From a virus: DNA of 64,000 bases. Location: the UHGV virus genome UHGV-0057547; one strand, 5' to 3'. Below are positions 49,601-61,100 of the stretch, one piece after another. The notes under the pieces are model-generated. The model had not been told where the DNA came from. It searched no databases and saw only the letters and a list, made by a program, of their open reading frames with translations. A program made the position numbers and the translations under genes. The number at the start of each line of letters is the position of its first letter. The stretch's first letter is position 1.

Positions 49601-52591
49601 TTAGTATATAGAGGAGACCAATTAGTTAAAGCTACTATTGGAACAATAGAAAATATACCTAAAGGAATGACAATCACTATTGATAATAACAATACAATTA
49701 CTCCTACTATGAATATAAATGTTAATACTAACTTAACTGAAAATGGTGAATTAAGTATACCTATTACAGTTGGATTATTAAAATTTACTAAAACATTTAC
49801 TTATTCAATATCCTTTAAGGGTATGCAAGGAATTCCAGGTACTCCTGGTAAAGATGGTAAAGATGGGAATTCAGTAAGAGTATTGGGAAGATATGATAGT
49901 AAAGAACAATTAGATTCTGCTCATCCTACTGGAAATGAAAATGGTGACGGATATATAATTAATAAAGATTTATGGGTATGGACAGAAGATAAATTTATAA
50001 ATGTTGGTCAGTTCCAAGGTGAAGATGGTACTTCTGCTTATGTACATATTAGATATTCTAATGACGGAGTAACCTTTACTGGTAGTGATGGTGAAGAAGT
50101 TGGTACTTGGATGGGTATGTATGTAGATAATATTGAAACAGATTCAACAGTGTTTTCAAAATATAAATGGAAAAAAATAGAAGGTTCAGATGCTAGATTA
50201 TTATCACTATCTGCAAGTAGACAAACAATAGCTTTTAATAGCGATAATACATTAAAAGATAATTCTGAAATAGTATTAACAGTTAATCAACAAAATTTTA
50301 ATGATATTATAACATGGTCTACTTCACCAAATGTAGAATTAGGTAGTAGTGGTAATAATAGAACATTAAATCCAACAATCTTTACAGATAATAACCAAAT
50401 AAAAATAACAGTAACTGGTGGAGGTTTAACCGATAGTATTACAATAGTAAAAGTATTAGATGGACAAAAGGGTTCAGATGGTACTTCAGTTAAAATATTA
50501 GATTCTTATAATAGTAAAGAAGAATTAGACCAAGCTCATCCTAATGGAAATGAAAATGGTGACGGATATATAATTGATAAAGACTTATGGGTATGGAATG
50601 GTAATGAATTTATAAACGTTGGTCAAATAAAAGGAAATGATGGGCAAGATGGTCAAAATGGTTTAAATGGTACTTCTGCTTATGTACATATAAAATATTC
50701 TAACGATGGTGGTACAACATTCACTAATAATAATGGTGAAGACCCTGGTGATTATATGGGTGTATATACAGATGAAATTAAAGCAGATAGTACAAATCCT
50801 TCTGATTACACTTGGAGTTTGACTAAAGGTAATGATGGTTGGGATGCTTATACTGTCTTACTAACAAATGAATCTCATACATTTGCAGGTAATTCATCAA
50901 CTGCTTTAGTTGGTTCTGCAAATTGTGGTATTATAGGTTACAAAGGTGGTACTCAAGTAGCTACAACAATAGGTAATATTACAGGAATGCCAAATGGTAT
51001 GAGTGTATCAATAACAAATAATGGTACGACAAATACTTATTTTATAGTTACAGTATCTAATAGTATGTCAACAAGAAATGGTACGTTAACAATTCCTATT
51101 ACAGTTGATGGAATAACATTTACAAAAAAATTTACTTACGCTTTATCATTAAAAGGTGAAGATGGTACAGATGGTACTAATGGTTCAGATGCTAGATTGC
51201 TATCATTATCTGCAAATAGACAAGCAATAGCATTTGATAAAAATAATTCTCCTAAAGATTCAACAGTTATAACTTTAACTGCTAATCAACAAAATTTTAA
51301 TGATACTATAACATGGTCTACAAGTCCAAATGTTACTTTAAATGGTGAAGGAAACACAAGAACCTTATCAGTTAATGATTTTACTAATAATTTAAAAATA
51401 TCTATTACTATTAAAGCAGGTGACTTAAGTGATACTATAACATTAGTTAAAGTAATTGATGGTGTAGATGGGATAGATGGTTCTGATGGAACTGATGGTG
51501 TAGATGGATGTACTATTAACTTAACTAATGATAATCATAGCTTCGTAGCTAACGCAGAAGGACAAATTGAAATGCAACAAGCTGTCACTACAACAGTTAT
51601 ATCTTATAAAGGTAGTGAGATTGTAACACCTAGTTTTGGCACAATGCCAACTGTTAATGGTTTAAAAATCACAAGAGATGGATTAACTATAACAATAGTT
51701 GCTTTGGTTGGAAGTACACTTGCTTCAAATGGCTCATTTAATATTCCTGTAATAATTGATGGAATAACTTTTAATAAAGCATTTAGCTATAGTAAAGTAA
51801 AATGTGGTGATGATGGAGCAGATGGATATACCATAATATTAACTAATGAAAACCATACATTTCCTTGTGAAAATAATGGAACTATAGAAACAGCTATTAC
51901 TACAACAACACAAGTAAAAGTTTACCAAGGTACTAAAGAAATAACACCTACTATTGGTACTTTACCTACTGTAGATGGATTAACATTGACTAAAAATGGA
52001 ACAACTATAACTATTACGGCTATAACAGGTGACAAATTGGCTTCATCAGGTAATTTTAGTGTTCCGATTGTAATTAATGATGTTACTTATTATAAGGTAT
52101 TTAGTTGGGCAAAAGCATTTAAAGGTAATGCAGGTCAAGATGGTAAAGCAGATTTACCAACTTGGATTACTGAATGGGATACTGGTAAGACAACAATTAA
52201 TGGTTCAACTGTATTAACTCCTAAAATATTTGCAGGTACAGTTAGTAATGGATTACCAACTGGTGTTGCTATGGGTAAAAATGTATTCGGAACTAGTGGT
52301 AGTTATAGTGGTGTTAATGGTATAGTTGGATATAAGAGTGGTACTAAAACTTATGAATTTAATACTAATGGAGAAGTATTAATAGGTAATAAAAATGCTT
52401 CACATATTAGTTGGGATGGTAGTAATTTAGAAATAGTAAGTGGTAGTAGTCCAGTTGCTAGTAAATCTGATATTGATAAAGTAAATCAAAAGATTAATGA
52501 AATAAAAGAAAATGTAGATGATTATACAATAGTTATAACTAAAGATACAATAGTAACTAAATGTGATATAAATGGAAATATAATAGATTAA
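46649..52591 (+). CDS. giant tail fiber/host-specificity protein with collagen-like Gly-X-Y stretches and internally triplicated modules
   Basis: SD GGAAGGAG. GEKGEEGTG, GEQGIPGKNGTDG, GMQGIPGTPGKDGKDG and GNDGQDGQNGLNG runs. Three copies of (Y/V)(L/V)HI(K/R)YSNDG.TFT...Y(K/T)WKKI. Two copies of ARLLSLSA(S/N)RQ(T/A)IAF. Confidence 0.5.
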   Translation: MLLPNIPATTYISWTGLVIIDKSDNTPYIVNDGKSCMKYIYWDMNDNPYVLKESNEWIKETATKKMIYINENGIGTQVPHDDYDIYYNDTGNGASSKLTGEALGKYDELNGKYMTIKEDVDGIKQVLGSTESGSGSLVERVNKIEKTAEETKETISTVEKNFSNNKELEELRNNINVSMINLGETLAQYEELITKVSEDMEISSDEKIDISAIQNQLLDDYTVMSQYHQVLIERLKNSEEDNTETINNLNKNLDALNTSINNLNSLVNDSISDNTIVPSEITVMLNAIANVSVKNTQYKNAVSDAILLGIGGKLVESILDIRKTSNNFSQTISKMEEDIDGKTGLKVLVQKNATAIKQTADNLILNYVKYNQTTSQLTIGDNVIKLDAGKVLMTGTLTWDSLDDSAKKNLKGEAGSAQYVMLVGDQIFKYDKDGNPNVSSITLNVQVSNIQNPVFDWYYRDAKVTNEWTNIPSNSNLSSFILKHDDPIWGNNSNSITIKVVCGEYTDEMTIVKLHDGVVGQDAKSVSINGNQLFRYKGGFTETPNPTSITLTATRNNISADRTSRWYYRVSENDDWTEITSSKNANTLIVNHDSYFGDSKILMIRYEIDTYYDIMTLAKITDGSDGYAVLLTNENHSVPCDENGNYTFEAISTAYTYVKVYKGLSEITSFNLERIDDGCTSVYSSATRRLDVTSLSKNIATVTLNITVDKNTFQKVMTITKSIKGEKGEEGTGVNIIGKLENKDQLPTTGKPGDAYVIDGLLYVWLEENNGWSDGVPFRGEQGIPGKNGTDGRTTYLHIKYSNDGKTFTNNNGEDTGDWIGQYTDYVEADSTNFADYKWKKIKGEDGEKGIVANLTNDTHIVPIEPDGTFGEDSFKDCSAKITLSYVGQELINGVSYSAKPNSDIEGTLDTKTGTYTVTNWTGEAKGTYVDLIATYDGVSYTKRFSINRAKNPLDAYTVVLTNEAHVFPGDISNALASFTTCNVLVYRGDQLVKATIGTIENIPKGMTITIDNNNTITPTMNINVNTNLTENGELSIPITVGLLKFTKTFTYSISFKGMQGIPGTPGKDGKDGNSVRVLGRYDSKEQLDSAHPTGNENGDGYIINKDLWVWTEDKFINVGQFQGEDGTSAYVHIRYSNDGVTFTGSDGEEVGTWMGMYVDNIETDSTVFSKYKWKKIEGSDARLLSLSASRQTIAFNSDNTLKDNSEIVLTVNQQNFNDIITWSTSPNVELGSSGNNRTLNPTIFTDNNQIKITVTGGGLTDSITIVKVLDGQKGSDGTSVKILDSYNSKEELDQAHPNGNENGDGYIIDKDLWVWNGNEFINVGQIKGNDGQDGQNGLNGTSAYVHIKYSNDGGTTFTNNNGEDPGDYMGVYTDEIKADSTNPSDYTWSLTKGNDGWDAYTVLLTNESHTFAGNSSTALVGSANCGIIGYKGGTQVATTIGNITGMPNGMSVSITNNGTTNTYFIVTVSNSMSTRNGTLTIPITVDGITFTKKFTYALSLKGEDGTDGTNGSDARLLSLSANRQAIAFDKNNSPKDSTVITLTANQQNFNDTITWSTSPNVTLNGEGNTRTLSVNDFTNNLKISITIKAGDLSDTITLVKVIDGVDGIDGSDGTDGVDGCTINLTNDNHSFVANAEGQIEMQQAVTTTVISYKGSEIVTPSFGTMPTVNGLKITRDGLTITIVALVGSTLASNGSFNIPVIIDGITFNKAFSYSKVKCGDDGADGYTIILTNENHTFPCENNGTIETAITTTTQVKVYQGTKEITPTIGTLPTVDGLTLTKNGTTITITAITGDKLASSGNFSVPIVINDVTYYKVFSWAKAFKGNAGQDGKADLPTWITEWDTGKTTINGSTVLTPKIFAGTVSNGLPTGVAMGKNVFGTSGSYSGVNGIVGYKSGTKTYEFNTNGEVLIGNKNASHISWDGSNLEIVSGSSPVASKSDIDKVNQKINEIKENVDDYTIVITKDTIVTKCDINGNIID

Positions 52592-52601
52592 GGAAGGTGA
52601 T

Positions 52602-55178
52602 ATGATGGCAAATCTTTCAATTATTGGTAGTCCTTCGACTACCAATAATAACCTTATAGTTAATTATAGTACGGATATTTCAGATATTACTAATATAGAA
52701 ATTAGTAATAATGGAAGTAATTACATAAGTGCAACAACTTTTTCAAATAGTTCTGCAATTTTCGATGTATCTAGTTGGAAAAATGGTACTTATAATTCAT
52801 GTACTTTGAGAGTTACATATGGTAAAAATGGCGAAGAAACACAATTACTTATTAATAATATAGGAAATATAACACAAACAGTAGGAAATTCATTCTATAT
52901 TCAATATTCTACAAATAAAGCAGTAGTAAAACATGAAGTTTCATGGGATGGAGGAAACACATTCTATGATAAAACAAGTGATGTAACATCTAGTGGTAAT
53001 AATTATTCTTTTAAACACGATGATAAAACTAGTGCTGGAACTTATAGGATGGCTATAAGAGTTACAACTTCAAGTGGAGAAACAGTAACAAGTAATATAT
53101 TTACTGTAACTATAAATTCAGGAGTATCAGTAGATACTTATTATACTGTTAAATATAACTTAAATAATGCTACTAGTTCTAATTCAAACACAACTGTTAA
53201 AAAGGGTTCTAGTTATTCTACAACTATCACTCCTACAAGTGGTTATAGAATAACTAAAATATATTGCGTAATGAATGGTGATGACATAAGTAATTCAACT
53301 GTTAATGGTAATAATATCAATATACCTAATGTTACAGGAGAAATTAATATTACTGTATATACAGAAGCAACTGGTGGAAGTACAGATACTTATTATACTA
53401 TAGCTTATAATTTAAATAATTCAGTAAGTAGCAATACTAGTACATCTATTAAAAAAGGCTCTAGTTATCATACTGTTATTACTGCCAATGCAGGTCATAA
53501 AATAACTAGAATTCTATGTACAATGGGTGGTGTAAATATAATTGATAGAGATGGTACGAGTGGTGATATCAGCATAGCCAATGTTTCAGGTGATATTACT
53601 ATTTCTATTACAACAGAAGCAATTGGAGGAAGTACAGATACTTATTATACAATAAGATATTCTTTACATGATGCTACTAGTTCTAATACAAGTACCTCTA
53701 TTAAAAAAGGTTCTAGCTATTCTACTACTATTGCCCCTGAGAATGGTTATAGAATAACTCAAATATATTGTGTAATGGGTGGCACTGATATAAGTAGCTC
53801 AGCTGTTAATGGTAATAATGTCTACATAGGCAATGTTACAGGTGATGTGAGTATTTTAGTAAATACAGAAGCAACTGGTGGAAGTACAGATACTTATCCT
53901 GTAACTTATACTCTATTTGAATCAACAAGTACTAATTCAGCTACAACTGTTAAAAAAGGTTCTAGTTATTCTACTACTGTTGCTCCAAAAAGTGGTTATA
54001 GAATAACTAAAATTTATTGTGTAATGGGTGGTACTGATGTAAGTAGTTCAACAGTTAGTGGAAACAATATCAATATACCTAACGTTACTGGTGAAATTTA
54101 TATTACAGTATATACAGAAGCGATTTCAGGCACTAAGGTTTATACAGTAACTAGAAATGTAACTAATTGTATATCAACAGGAAGTGATACTTTAGATACT
54201 TCAATAACTACAACATTCCAAAGCATAGTTGCACCTAATGAAGGATATACATTAAAAACTTTAACTGTAAGTATGGGTGGAGTTGATTATACTGATGGAC
54301 TTGGTGTTATAACAGATGTGGAATGGGAAGGAAAATCTGCTAAACAAATAACTATTGAAAATGTACATGGAAATATAGTTATCAATGCAGTTGCTGAAAA
54401 AGAAACTACTAAACCTGATATACCTGATACACCAATTGTAGATGATACTTTAGAAATATTACCTTCATGCACATATATTGATATTGCTGAAGGTGGAAAT
54501 AAAACAATATACTTTAAATTATCAAATAAACCTACATCAAGTACAACTATAAATATTACTTCATCATCTTCTTATTTGACACTTTCTACAAGTCAATTAA
54601 CTTTTACTGCTGATAATTATCATATTGCTCAATCTGTAAACGTAACTTCTATTAGTGATAACAATAAAACTGATGATGTATATAATATAACTGTATCAGC
54701 AAATGGCTTAACAAGTAAAACAATAACAGTAGATGTTATAGATAGTGCTAATAGTAATTTTGAAGTAATTTATGACAATGGTACTTTAGTGGAAGGTGCT
54801 TCATTTACATTAAATAATGCAGTTAATTATGGAACTTATATAAGTACTAATCAAAATCAAGATGTTAGTGTTGCTATAAGTAATCATCCATTAAATCTTA
54901 ATAAAAATGATAAAGTACACGTAGTTTTAGGATTAGGAACAAGTGACCCATCATCAATTTATTCTTTACGTAGTTTGGTTTTAGGTGATGGTTCAGCTAA
55001 TAACATAAGTAATTCTAACATGATTAATGAGGTGCAAATAAATGAAGCGTTATCTAGTGATGGTAAAGTAGATACTTATTGGACTATTGCTGGTAATTTA
55101 TCAAATATAACATTGACATTCACATGTTATTTTGCACGAGTTAATATTTATAAAATTTATATAGAAAGAGGGAAATAA
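52602..55178 (+). CDS. tail fiber/receptor-binding protein with five tandem Ig-like repeats
   Basis: SD AAGGAAGGTGA. N-terminal module shared with 55181. Five about 85-aa tandem repeats (TDTYYT...KKGSSYSTT...GYRITKIYCVMGG.D...). Confidence 0.45.
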   Translation: MMANLSIIGSPSTTNNNLIVNYSTDISDITNIEISNNGSNYISATTFSNSSAIFDVSSWKNGTYNSCTLRVTYGKNGEETQLLINNIGNITQTVGNSFYIQYSTNKAVVKHEVSWDGGNTFYDKTSDVTSSGNNYSFKHDDKTSAGTYRMAIRVTTSSGETVTSNIFTVTINSGVSVDTYYTVKYNLNNATSSNSNTTVKKGSSYSTTITPTSGYRITKIYCVMNGDDISNSTVNGNNINIPNVTGEINITVYTEATGGSTDTYYTIAYNLNNSVSSNTSTSIKKGSSYHTVITANAGHKITRILCTMGGVNIIDRDGTSGDISIANVSGDITISITTEAIGGSTDTYYTIRYSLHDATSSNTSTSIKKGSSYSTTIAPENGYRITQIYCVMGGTDISSSAVNGNNVYIGNVTGDVSILVNTEATGGSTDTYPVTYTLFESTSTNSATTVKKGSSYSTTVAPKSGYRITKIYCVMGGTDVSSSTVSGNNINIPNVTGEIYITVYTEAISGTKVYTVTRNVTNCISTGSDTLDTSITTTFQSIVAPNEGYTLKTLTVSMGGVDYTDGLGVITDVEWEGKSAKQITIENVHGNIVINAVAEKETTKPDIPDTPIVDDTLEILPSCTYIDIAEGGNKTIYFKLSNKPTSSTTINITSSSSYLTLSTSQLTFTADNYHIAQSVNVTSISDNNKTDDVYNITVSANGLTSKTITVDVIDSANSNFEVIYDNGTLVEGASFTLNNAVNYGTYISTNQNQDVSVAISNHPLNLNKNDKVHVVLGLGTSDPSSIYSLRSLVLGDGSANNISNSNMINEVQINEALSSDGKVDTYWTIAGNLSNITLTFTCYFARVNIYKIYIERGK
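53130..54130 (+). repeat. five tandem about 255-nt coding repeats
   Basis: Repeated GGAAGTACAGATACTTATTATAC... units visible directly in the nucleotide sequence. Confidence 0.6.
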
Positions 55179-55180
55179 GT

Positions 55181-58100
55181 ATGGCAAATACAATAAATTC
55201 TACTAATAATCTCACATCCACAAAAATACCTGAATTATATATTAGATATTTCAATCCTAAACAAAAAATTAATGAAACGATAAGTATTAAATATTATGTA
55301 TCTGATAGTACTCAAGCTGAGTATTTAAATAAAGATGATAGTAAAAGTTTTACAACTATTGTTAAAATAAATGATAAGTCATATTCTAAAACCACTAAAG
55401 CAGGAGAATATTCAATAGATATAGGTTCAATTGCTATTACTGGAGAAACTTACTTTAGCATTCAAACCATAGATGACAATGGTGTAGCGAGTATTGAACA
55501 ATTTTTTGATATACTAATAGTTAATGATACATATAATCAAGTAAATAATTATAATATGACAACTGCTGATTTATCTACATATAATATTACTGTTGGTGAA
55601 ACTGCTAGTATATCACAAGCTAAAACAAATAATACAGGATTGAACAACTTGTTTAAAGCAGTTAAAAATAATGGTCATAATAAGATTACTATGCTAAATA
55701 AAATTTATATGTTAGATTATCATTCTGATAAAGTAGTTTTACCTGACCATTTCACAGTAGATATGAATGGTGCTACATTTAAGGCAACACAATGTAATGA
55801 CATTAATGTATCAAATCTAGTAGACTTAAGAGATTGCTTTGATTCTCATGTTAAAAATGGTAAATTAATTGGTAACTATGATGGATTTGATTTTGAAGCA
55901 ACGAAAACTAATACAAATTATAACATACCTGGTGAAGGTCTTGCAGTTGCTGAAATCAATGGTGCAAGATATTCATCTTTTGAAGATATGGAAATGGGAT
56001 ATTCAGTTGGTTACAATTTAGGTGTATTTGGAGGTAAATTAGCAGGATATGTAGGAACTCCTGGTCAATTAGCCTTCCCAAATGCATATTATATAAATGA
56101 CCAAGGCAACACAGTTAGTAGTACTACTATGAGTACAACAGAATTAATTGATATTTCAACATTGTTAGATAGAGGTGAAATACAATGTAATGTGTATTTA
56201 GGATATGGAGGATTGGCTTTAAACAAAGCAGAATTGTTTTTTCATTTTTATGATAGTCATTCTGCATATAAAACAACAATAAAAACAAGACAGTATCAAG
56301 TAGTTAAAATACCAAGTGGTTCAAAATCTATGAGAATTACTAGTTTCACTTCAACTACAACATCATCAGGTATGACAATATGCCATACAGGTGGGGCTAC
56401 AAATTGTGAACTAATTAATGTGAAATCACATAATACAAGAACATGTGCTATGCATCCTGGTATATACAATCATTTGTTAATAAAGAATTGTTCATTCAAC
56501 TATGTTGCTGATGAAAATGAATATAAAGTAACAAAGTTAGCTTTGGATTTTGAAGATGGATATGAGAACGGTAAAAATTTATTTTTCATAAACAATGAAG
56601 TTTATAATGGAACATCTGCTTTGACAATCCAAAGAGGTTTCAATTGTAATGTTATTAATTGTAGAAATTTTGGATTAGACTTAAGAGGACATATAAAAGG
56701 AGCAAATATTAAAAATAATTTCTTCAATGATGGAAGTATTTATACTACTAATTTTGACTCTCAATCACATTTAAAATTGGACAATAATACATTCTTTAAA
56801 ATATTGAAATTCTTAAAATGGGATAATACTGGAAATTATTCTACTGTTGGATTAACTAAATTAGATTGTAAACAAAGTTATCAAAATAACTCTAATATCA
56901 ATGTAATAATTGATAAAGCGGTTGAAAGTGGTGGTAGTGGAGGAGGAACTACTCCTGAAACATTAACTATAAGTAATATATCAAACATAACACAATCAGA
57001 AAAAACAGAATTCTATATTGAATATTCCACAAATATAGCAGTAGTAAAACATGAAGTTTCATGGGATGGAGGAAATACATTCTACGATAAAACAAGTGAT
57101 GTTGTAGTAAACGGAACATCATATAAATTTAAACATGATAATAAAGGTAATGCTGGAACTTATCAAATGGCTATAAGGGTAACAACAGCTAAAGGTACTA
57201 CTAAGACAAGTAATGTATTTACTGTTACTTTAGTAGATAATAATCAATTAGCTTTCACTCAATACAAACGACTTAATGAGGGTGTAATTACAGATACAAC
57301 AGATGGTACATATTATAGTACATTAAATTATATAAGTGTAACTGCTGGTAAATCATATACTATCAATCTTAATAAAGCTAATTATGTATGTGTTTGTTAT
57401 TACAATTCATCAAATTCTTATGTATCCTATGTCGAAGGCAATACAGATGACTGGTCAAATAAAGCTTTGTCATATACGTTTACTGTACCAGCAAATATAG
57501 CTAAAATATTAATATGTGCTACTGGTGATGCAAGTACTGCTATCACAGCTACATTAAAAGAAAATGGTTCAAGTTCAAGCTCATTACTAGATTCTACTGG
57601 TGCTTATGTAATAGATGATTTCTCAGGTAATAGTGTAGACTCAAATAAATGGGGATATGAATTGGGTTATGTTAGAAATAATGAAACTCAAAGATATACA
57701 AACACTAATGCTGAAATCAACGATGGTATATTAGCATTAAGAGGTAAAAAAGCAAGTGATGGTTCTTGGACATCAGCATCAATTATCTCTAAAGGTCATT
57801 TTGCTTTTATGTATGGTAAAATAGTAGCAAGAGTTAGACCATGTAATTGGAATGGTTCTTTTGGTGCATTTTGGACTTTAGGAGACAGTTTTGAATTTGG
57901 ATATAAAGAAAATGGTAGTCCTGATACATTAGGTGAATGGTGGGCTTATTGTGGTGAATTTGATGTAATGGAATTTTACAATGGTAAACTAACTTGTGGT
58001 ACGTTCTTTAATGAAAAAGAAGAAAGTGGTCGTGTATGGTATAATAATTATCCTACTGGTGATTGGCATGAGTTTGCTATGGAATGGAATACAGATGGTA

Positions 58101-61100
58101 GTTTAGTTTTCTCTATTGATGGAAATGAATTAAGCAGAACAAGTGCTACTGATAACAGAGCATTCCATATACCACACTTTATTTTACTTAATCAGGCAAT
58201 TGGTGCTAGTGGTGGTACTCCTGATAGCAATACAACAGAAATAACTCAATATGTTGATTGGGTAAAATATTATCCATTGAGTACTGATAACCTAGTGTTA
58301 AACTCTAATGACTTCTCTTTAAGTGCTATGGATTTTAATGATAGTTCACATAACTGCATGGTAAGACCTACTTTTAATGATAATTGTATTAATAAATCAC
58401 TAACATGGTCATCTAATAATTCTAGTCTAGTTTGGGTTCATAGTGGACTATGTTCTACTTATGCAGGAGCTAATGGTGAAGTAATAATTACAGGTACTTC
58501 ACATTCAGGTGTATCAAAACAAATTACATTAACTGTATCAAATGGTACACTAAGAGCTAAAGATTCAGGTGGTACAACTCCTTCTCAAACTATAGGTAAC
58601 ATGACTTATGGAAAAGGTATAAATCAAAGTACACATGTTATAACTGATAATGCAGAATGTTGGGCAACAGTTAATGCAGTAACAGTTGAAAAAGGTGCAA
58701 CTTATACACTACAAATGGATGCTACATGGACTTGGGCATATGCTTATGACGACAATGATAAATTTGTTAAAGAGTTATTCACTAGTACTGGTAATAATAA
58801 CTATAAATACACATTCACTGCACCTACAAACAAAATAAGATATGGTTGTTATGACCCAGGTAAGTATTTAACATATTGTAATTTAACTAAAAATTCAACT
58901 GCATTAACTATAAGTAATATATCAAACATAACACAAACTGAAAAAACAGAATTTTACATTGAATATAGTACAAATATAGCAGTAACAAAACATGAAGTAT
59001 CATGGGATGGTGGAAATATGTTCTACGATAAAACAGAGGATGTAACTGCTAATGGGACAACTTATAAATTTAAGCATGATAATTCAGGTAATGCAGGAAC
59101 TTATAGAATGGCTATAAGAGTTACAGATTCAGATGGTAATACTAAGACAAGTAATGTATTTACTGTTACTCTTACAAGCACATCTACTCCTACACCAGTA
59201 TACGAATTAGCCGATACAGTATTTGACGGTTCTTCTAAATATATAGACACTGGAGTAAAACCATTCAAGACTGCAAGTGATTACACTATATTCATTGACT
59301 TTGATGATTATGGAGCTAGTCAAGGGCAACAGCCATATTTATTCCACTGTGCATATGAGAATGCCGACGGTGACGGATTAAAAGTATATTATAATAACGA
59401 AGATAATCACTACTATATAATAGGAAATAGACAAAACGCTAGCGATGGTACTTATGAATCTAGTTGGACATTAGTTGGTGGTAAAAATAATAAAATTGCT
59501 ATAGCAATCTCTAAAGGTGTGGTTAGCCAAATAGTAATAAATGGCTCAGCTGTTGCAGTTACTAAGAATGCATACGACATGAACGACTATTCATTAATAC
59601 TAGGAGCTTATCAAGATGCGGAATGCAATAAGAGTAAATATTGGAAAGGTACAATACATACTTTCAAAGTATGGAATTCAGCTTTCACAGTAGCTCAATT
59701 AAAAGAACTATGTAACTCATCTAGTGGAGGTGGTAGTAACCCAGGAGGTGGCGATAGTGGTTCAAGCGATGCTTATAGACCAGGTAGAACCCTAATATGG
59801 GAGGATGACTTCACTGGTACAACTTTAAATACTGCTAACTGGGATTATGAAAACAACTATAGTAGACCGAATGAAGTTCAAAATTATGTGGCAGGAACAA
59901 ATAACGTATGGGTAGAAAATAGTAACCTTGTTATAAAAGCTAAGAAGGAATGGTCAAATGGTAAAGAATGGTCAAGTGGTTGTATCCATACAGACAACAA
60001 ACGAGAATTTATGTATGGTAGATTTGAAGCTAAAATTAAGATACCACAAACAATAGGTTCATTCCCAGCATTTTGGACATTAGGAGGTAACTACGAAGAA
60101 GGTGGAGGAATTACATGGCCATACTGTGGTGAAATCGACATCATGGAACACAAATATGGTTATGCTTGGACTACAGCCGGTGCATTGTACAGAACAGACT
60201 TAGTATGGGACAACTGGGATGCGAAAGATTTAGGTAGGGTTGATTCAGGAAACATAGGAAGCTTCGATGATTACCATATCTATGCTATGGAATGGACTCA
60301 CGATAGACTAGATTACTATGTAGATGATAGACTTATAGGACATTCTGACATATCCGATGATAACACATGGTTCATGTTCCACCAACCACATTATATTCTA
60401 CTAAATCAAGCTTTAGGTGCCGCCGGTGGTAGTGTTCCTAGTAATATGACTGAATACACTATGTATGTTGATTGGGTTAGAGTTTACGCTCCTCAAGAAG
60501 CACCGAGTGGTGGAGGTACTTCAAATCAAATTTGGTTTGAGGACACAAGTGCTAGACATATGAATAAATGGTCTAAACTTGGATTAATACTTAAATTCAA
60601 CGAAAGTTGGAATAATAAAGTAGTTACATGGAAATCTAATAATACAAACATAGCTACTGTATGTGGTGGTAGAGTAGACTCTAAAGGAGTTGACGGAACT
60701 TGTATTATAACTGCGACAACATTAGAAGGTAATTCAGCTAGCATAACTGTTAATGTAGGTTCAGGAGGAAGTAGTTCTGATAGTACTGAATATGAAACAT
60801 CTATAGCATCTGATTACATTTTAGACAAGATGTACCCCATGCCACAAAATCATGAAGTTTTGCCCAGTGGAGTAACTGACACTTGGGCAACTCAATCACG
60901 TTGGGAAAATCAACAAAGACCTACTGCAATAGCTCACAATTGTGGTCAAGCAGGTTGTCCAGGAGCAGTACAATTTAGAGCATTAGGTGCGTGGGCAAAT
61001 GTATACAGAGTTAAAAATTCAGGTTTTAGTACAAATACTGGAGTGGAAATGAGAAATATAAAAGTTTATGGATGGTATAATGGTCAATGGGAAAAAGTGC

